Assembly (NCBI RefSeq): GCF_009914755.1
Contig: NC_060925.1
Length of the DNA: 64,000 nucleotides
From: the human T2T-CHM13v2.0 reference genome, Homo sapiens
Reading direction: 5' to 3' (one strand)
Of this stretch, positions 1-64,000 are shown in pieces (positions within the stretch are counted from its first letter, which is position 1; every line of letters starts with the position of its first letter). The position numbers and the translations under genes are program-made. A model generated the notes under the pieces. It saw only the letters and a program-made list of their open reading frames with translations, did not search any database and was not told the origin of the DNA.

Positions 1-1995
<1,995 letters not shown>

Positions 1996-2010
1996 GAAAA
2001 TAGTTGAATT

Positions 2011-2208
2011 CAGTAGGTCCTTACTTAATGCCATTTATAGGATCTTGGAAACTGAGATTTTAAGTGAAATGATGTATAACAAAACTACATTTTTCTCACA
2101 GCATTATAATGAAATGTTGAATGAAACATTTTTTTGAGGACTTGGTATATAGTTTTGCTTAAAGCTGCTGTTTCCAAGAACTTATTGATGACATTAAGGA
2201 CTTGCTAT
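2011..2208. mobile_element. Tigger-family DNA transposon relic (MER82-like MITE)
   Basis: CAGTAGGTCCTTACTTAATG...CTTGGAAAC at the left end and the inverted GTTTCCAAGAAC...CATTAAGGACTT at the right end. Confidence 0.6.
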
Positions 2209-2547
2209 ATTCTGCTCCCTTACTTCCATATCTTCTCTGTAAGTGACTCTCACAACTATTCTTCCAGTCTCAAATATCTGCTGAATATCTGCCTACCATG
2301 TGCTAGGTTCTGTTCTAGATACTGATAACATATCAGTGAACAAAACAGACCCATATCTTACTCTATCACCTTTAGTGAATGTACTTATCTATAATTGGTA
2401 TATGATGTAAATATATCATCATCAATTTATGTAGTAGTTTAACTTTTAAAAAATTCTGTTGTATGTCTTTTAAATCCTTGACACTGTTGTTTAAAGTCTC
2501 AGGAGGCAGAATTCTTAATGAGGTAAAATTATCTCATGGTACCACCT

Positions 2548-2840
2548 ATTTTTTTTTTTTTGAGATGGAGTGTTGCTCTTTCACCAGGCTGGAGTGCAGT
2601 GTGTGACCTTGGCTCACTGCAATCTCCGCTGCCTGGGTTCAAGTGATTCTCCTAACTCAGCCTCCCAAGTAGTTGGGACTACAGGCATGTGCCACCACAC
2701 CCAGCTAATTTGTTGTATTTTTAGTAGAGATGGGGTTTCACCATGTTGGCTAGGATGGACTCGATCTCCTGACCTCGTGATCCACCCACCTCAGCCTTCC
2801 AAAGTGTTGGGATTACAGGCGTGAGCCACCACACCCGGCT
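2548..2840 (-). mobile_element. AluS
   Basis: Full dimer, poly(T) on +, TSD TGGTACCAC. Confidence 0.92.
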
Positions 2841-2901
2841 GGTACCACATTTAATTAAACAAATGATAAGCAGTACTTTTTAACACTGTGATAAAACATA
2901 C

Positions 2902-63013
<60,112 letters not shown>

Positions 63014-63638
63014 GGCGAAGTGTAAGGAAGGCTCCTGCCTCCACTTCCCACTCCCGGAGGCCACAGCACGCTGGGGCCACAGGCCCCCTCACACGGTCTG
63101 CCTTCTCCCAGGTGCTGCAGCCGGGACTGCGGCTCTCCAGCCCGACGCCGTCAAGCTGCGCCCCAGTCAGCCAATCAGCGGCTACATCCACAGCCCCGCC
63201 TCGGGCTCGGGGTGGGTGGGGCGGACGCTAGGCTTCCGCCGCGGAAGCCCCAGGGGCGGGGCTTATTAGGGGCGGTGCTAAAAGCAGCAATGCAAGGTAG
63301 CGTTAACGTTTCTGAGGCTGAAGGAGGTAGGGCCTGAGAGCTAAGTGGTAATTCTGTTTTGTAATGATCCTAAGATAATAATGGTAATTATAGTAAGTCG
63401 GGCATTGTGTCCTAAATGTTATAACTTTTACTTGACTCGGCAAATATGACTGTACAAAGTGAGGGAAGACTGGAAAGTCAGATGAGATATGAACAAATAT
63501 AACTAACCAAATACATTTCTATGACAACAATGAAAAGCACACTGTCTGTAGCAATTTAGTGATAATATTGTACTGCATATCAGTCAGGCCACAGGTGGAG
63601 TACTGCACTCCATGTACCACACTTTGAAGAGATTTTAC

Positions 63639-63945
63639 AGGCCGGGCCGGCTCACACCTGTAATCCCAGCACCTGGGGAGACCAAGGCGGGCGGATCACC
63701 TGAGGTCGCAAGTTCAAAACCAGCCTGACAAGCATGGAGAAACCCTGTCTCTACTAAAAATACAAAATTAGCCGGGCGTGGTGGTGCATGCCTGTAATCC
63801 CAACTACTAGGGAGGCTGAGGCAGGAGAATCGCTTGAACCCGGGAGGGGAGGTTGCGGTGAGCCGAGATCGCGCCATTGCACTCCAGCCTGGGCAACAAG
63901 AGCGAAACTCCATCTCAAAAAAAAAAAAAGAAAAGAAAAAAGAAG
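63639..63945 (+). mobile_element. AluS upstream of the promoter, inside a probable CR1/L3 relic
   Basis: CpG-retaining dimer, TSD GAGATTYTACAG. Confidence 0.92.
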
Positions 63946-64000
63946 AGAGAGATTCTACAGAGACATATTGGAGCTCGCTCAAATGTGAGCCACCAGATAA

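Overview
Primate, very probably human, genomic DNA covering most of the Golgi pH regulator gene GPR89 (GPHR) on the minus strand. The paralogues GPR89A and GPR89B cannot be told apart from this window. The CpG-island promoter and exon 1 lie at about 62.6-63.3 kb. Coding exons 1-12 were traced by hand. All have GT-AG boundaries and join into one uninterrupted 1095-nt frame (365 aa, MSFLIDSSIMITSQ...GLLITLTK); the last exons lie beyond the left edge. Intron 8 has the signatures of a minor-spliceosome (U12) intron. The rest is intronic and repeat-dense: about 30 Alus including a pristine 5'-truncated AluYa5-type copy, a full-length SVA, a MER11 solo LTR, a decayed full-length L1PA, two twin-primed (5'-inverted) L1s, nested old L1M pieces, and L2/MIR/MER relics. 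Nearly all ORF-track entries are repeat-derived. I see no convincing previously undescribed multi-gene system. The best leads are the U12 intron and its inverted-Alu context, a candidate cassette exon in intron 1 carrying its own in-frame Kozak ATG, young insertions that may mark one paralogue, a 45-bp orphan retro-insertion, and several template-switch scars. Repeat subfamily names and repeat boundaries are from memory of consensus sequences and are approximate.
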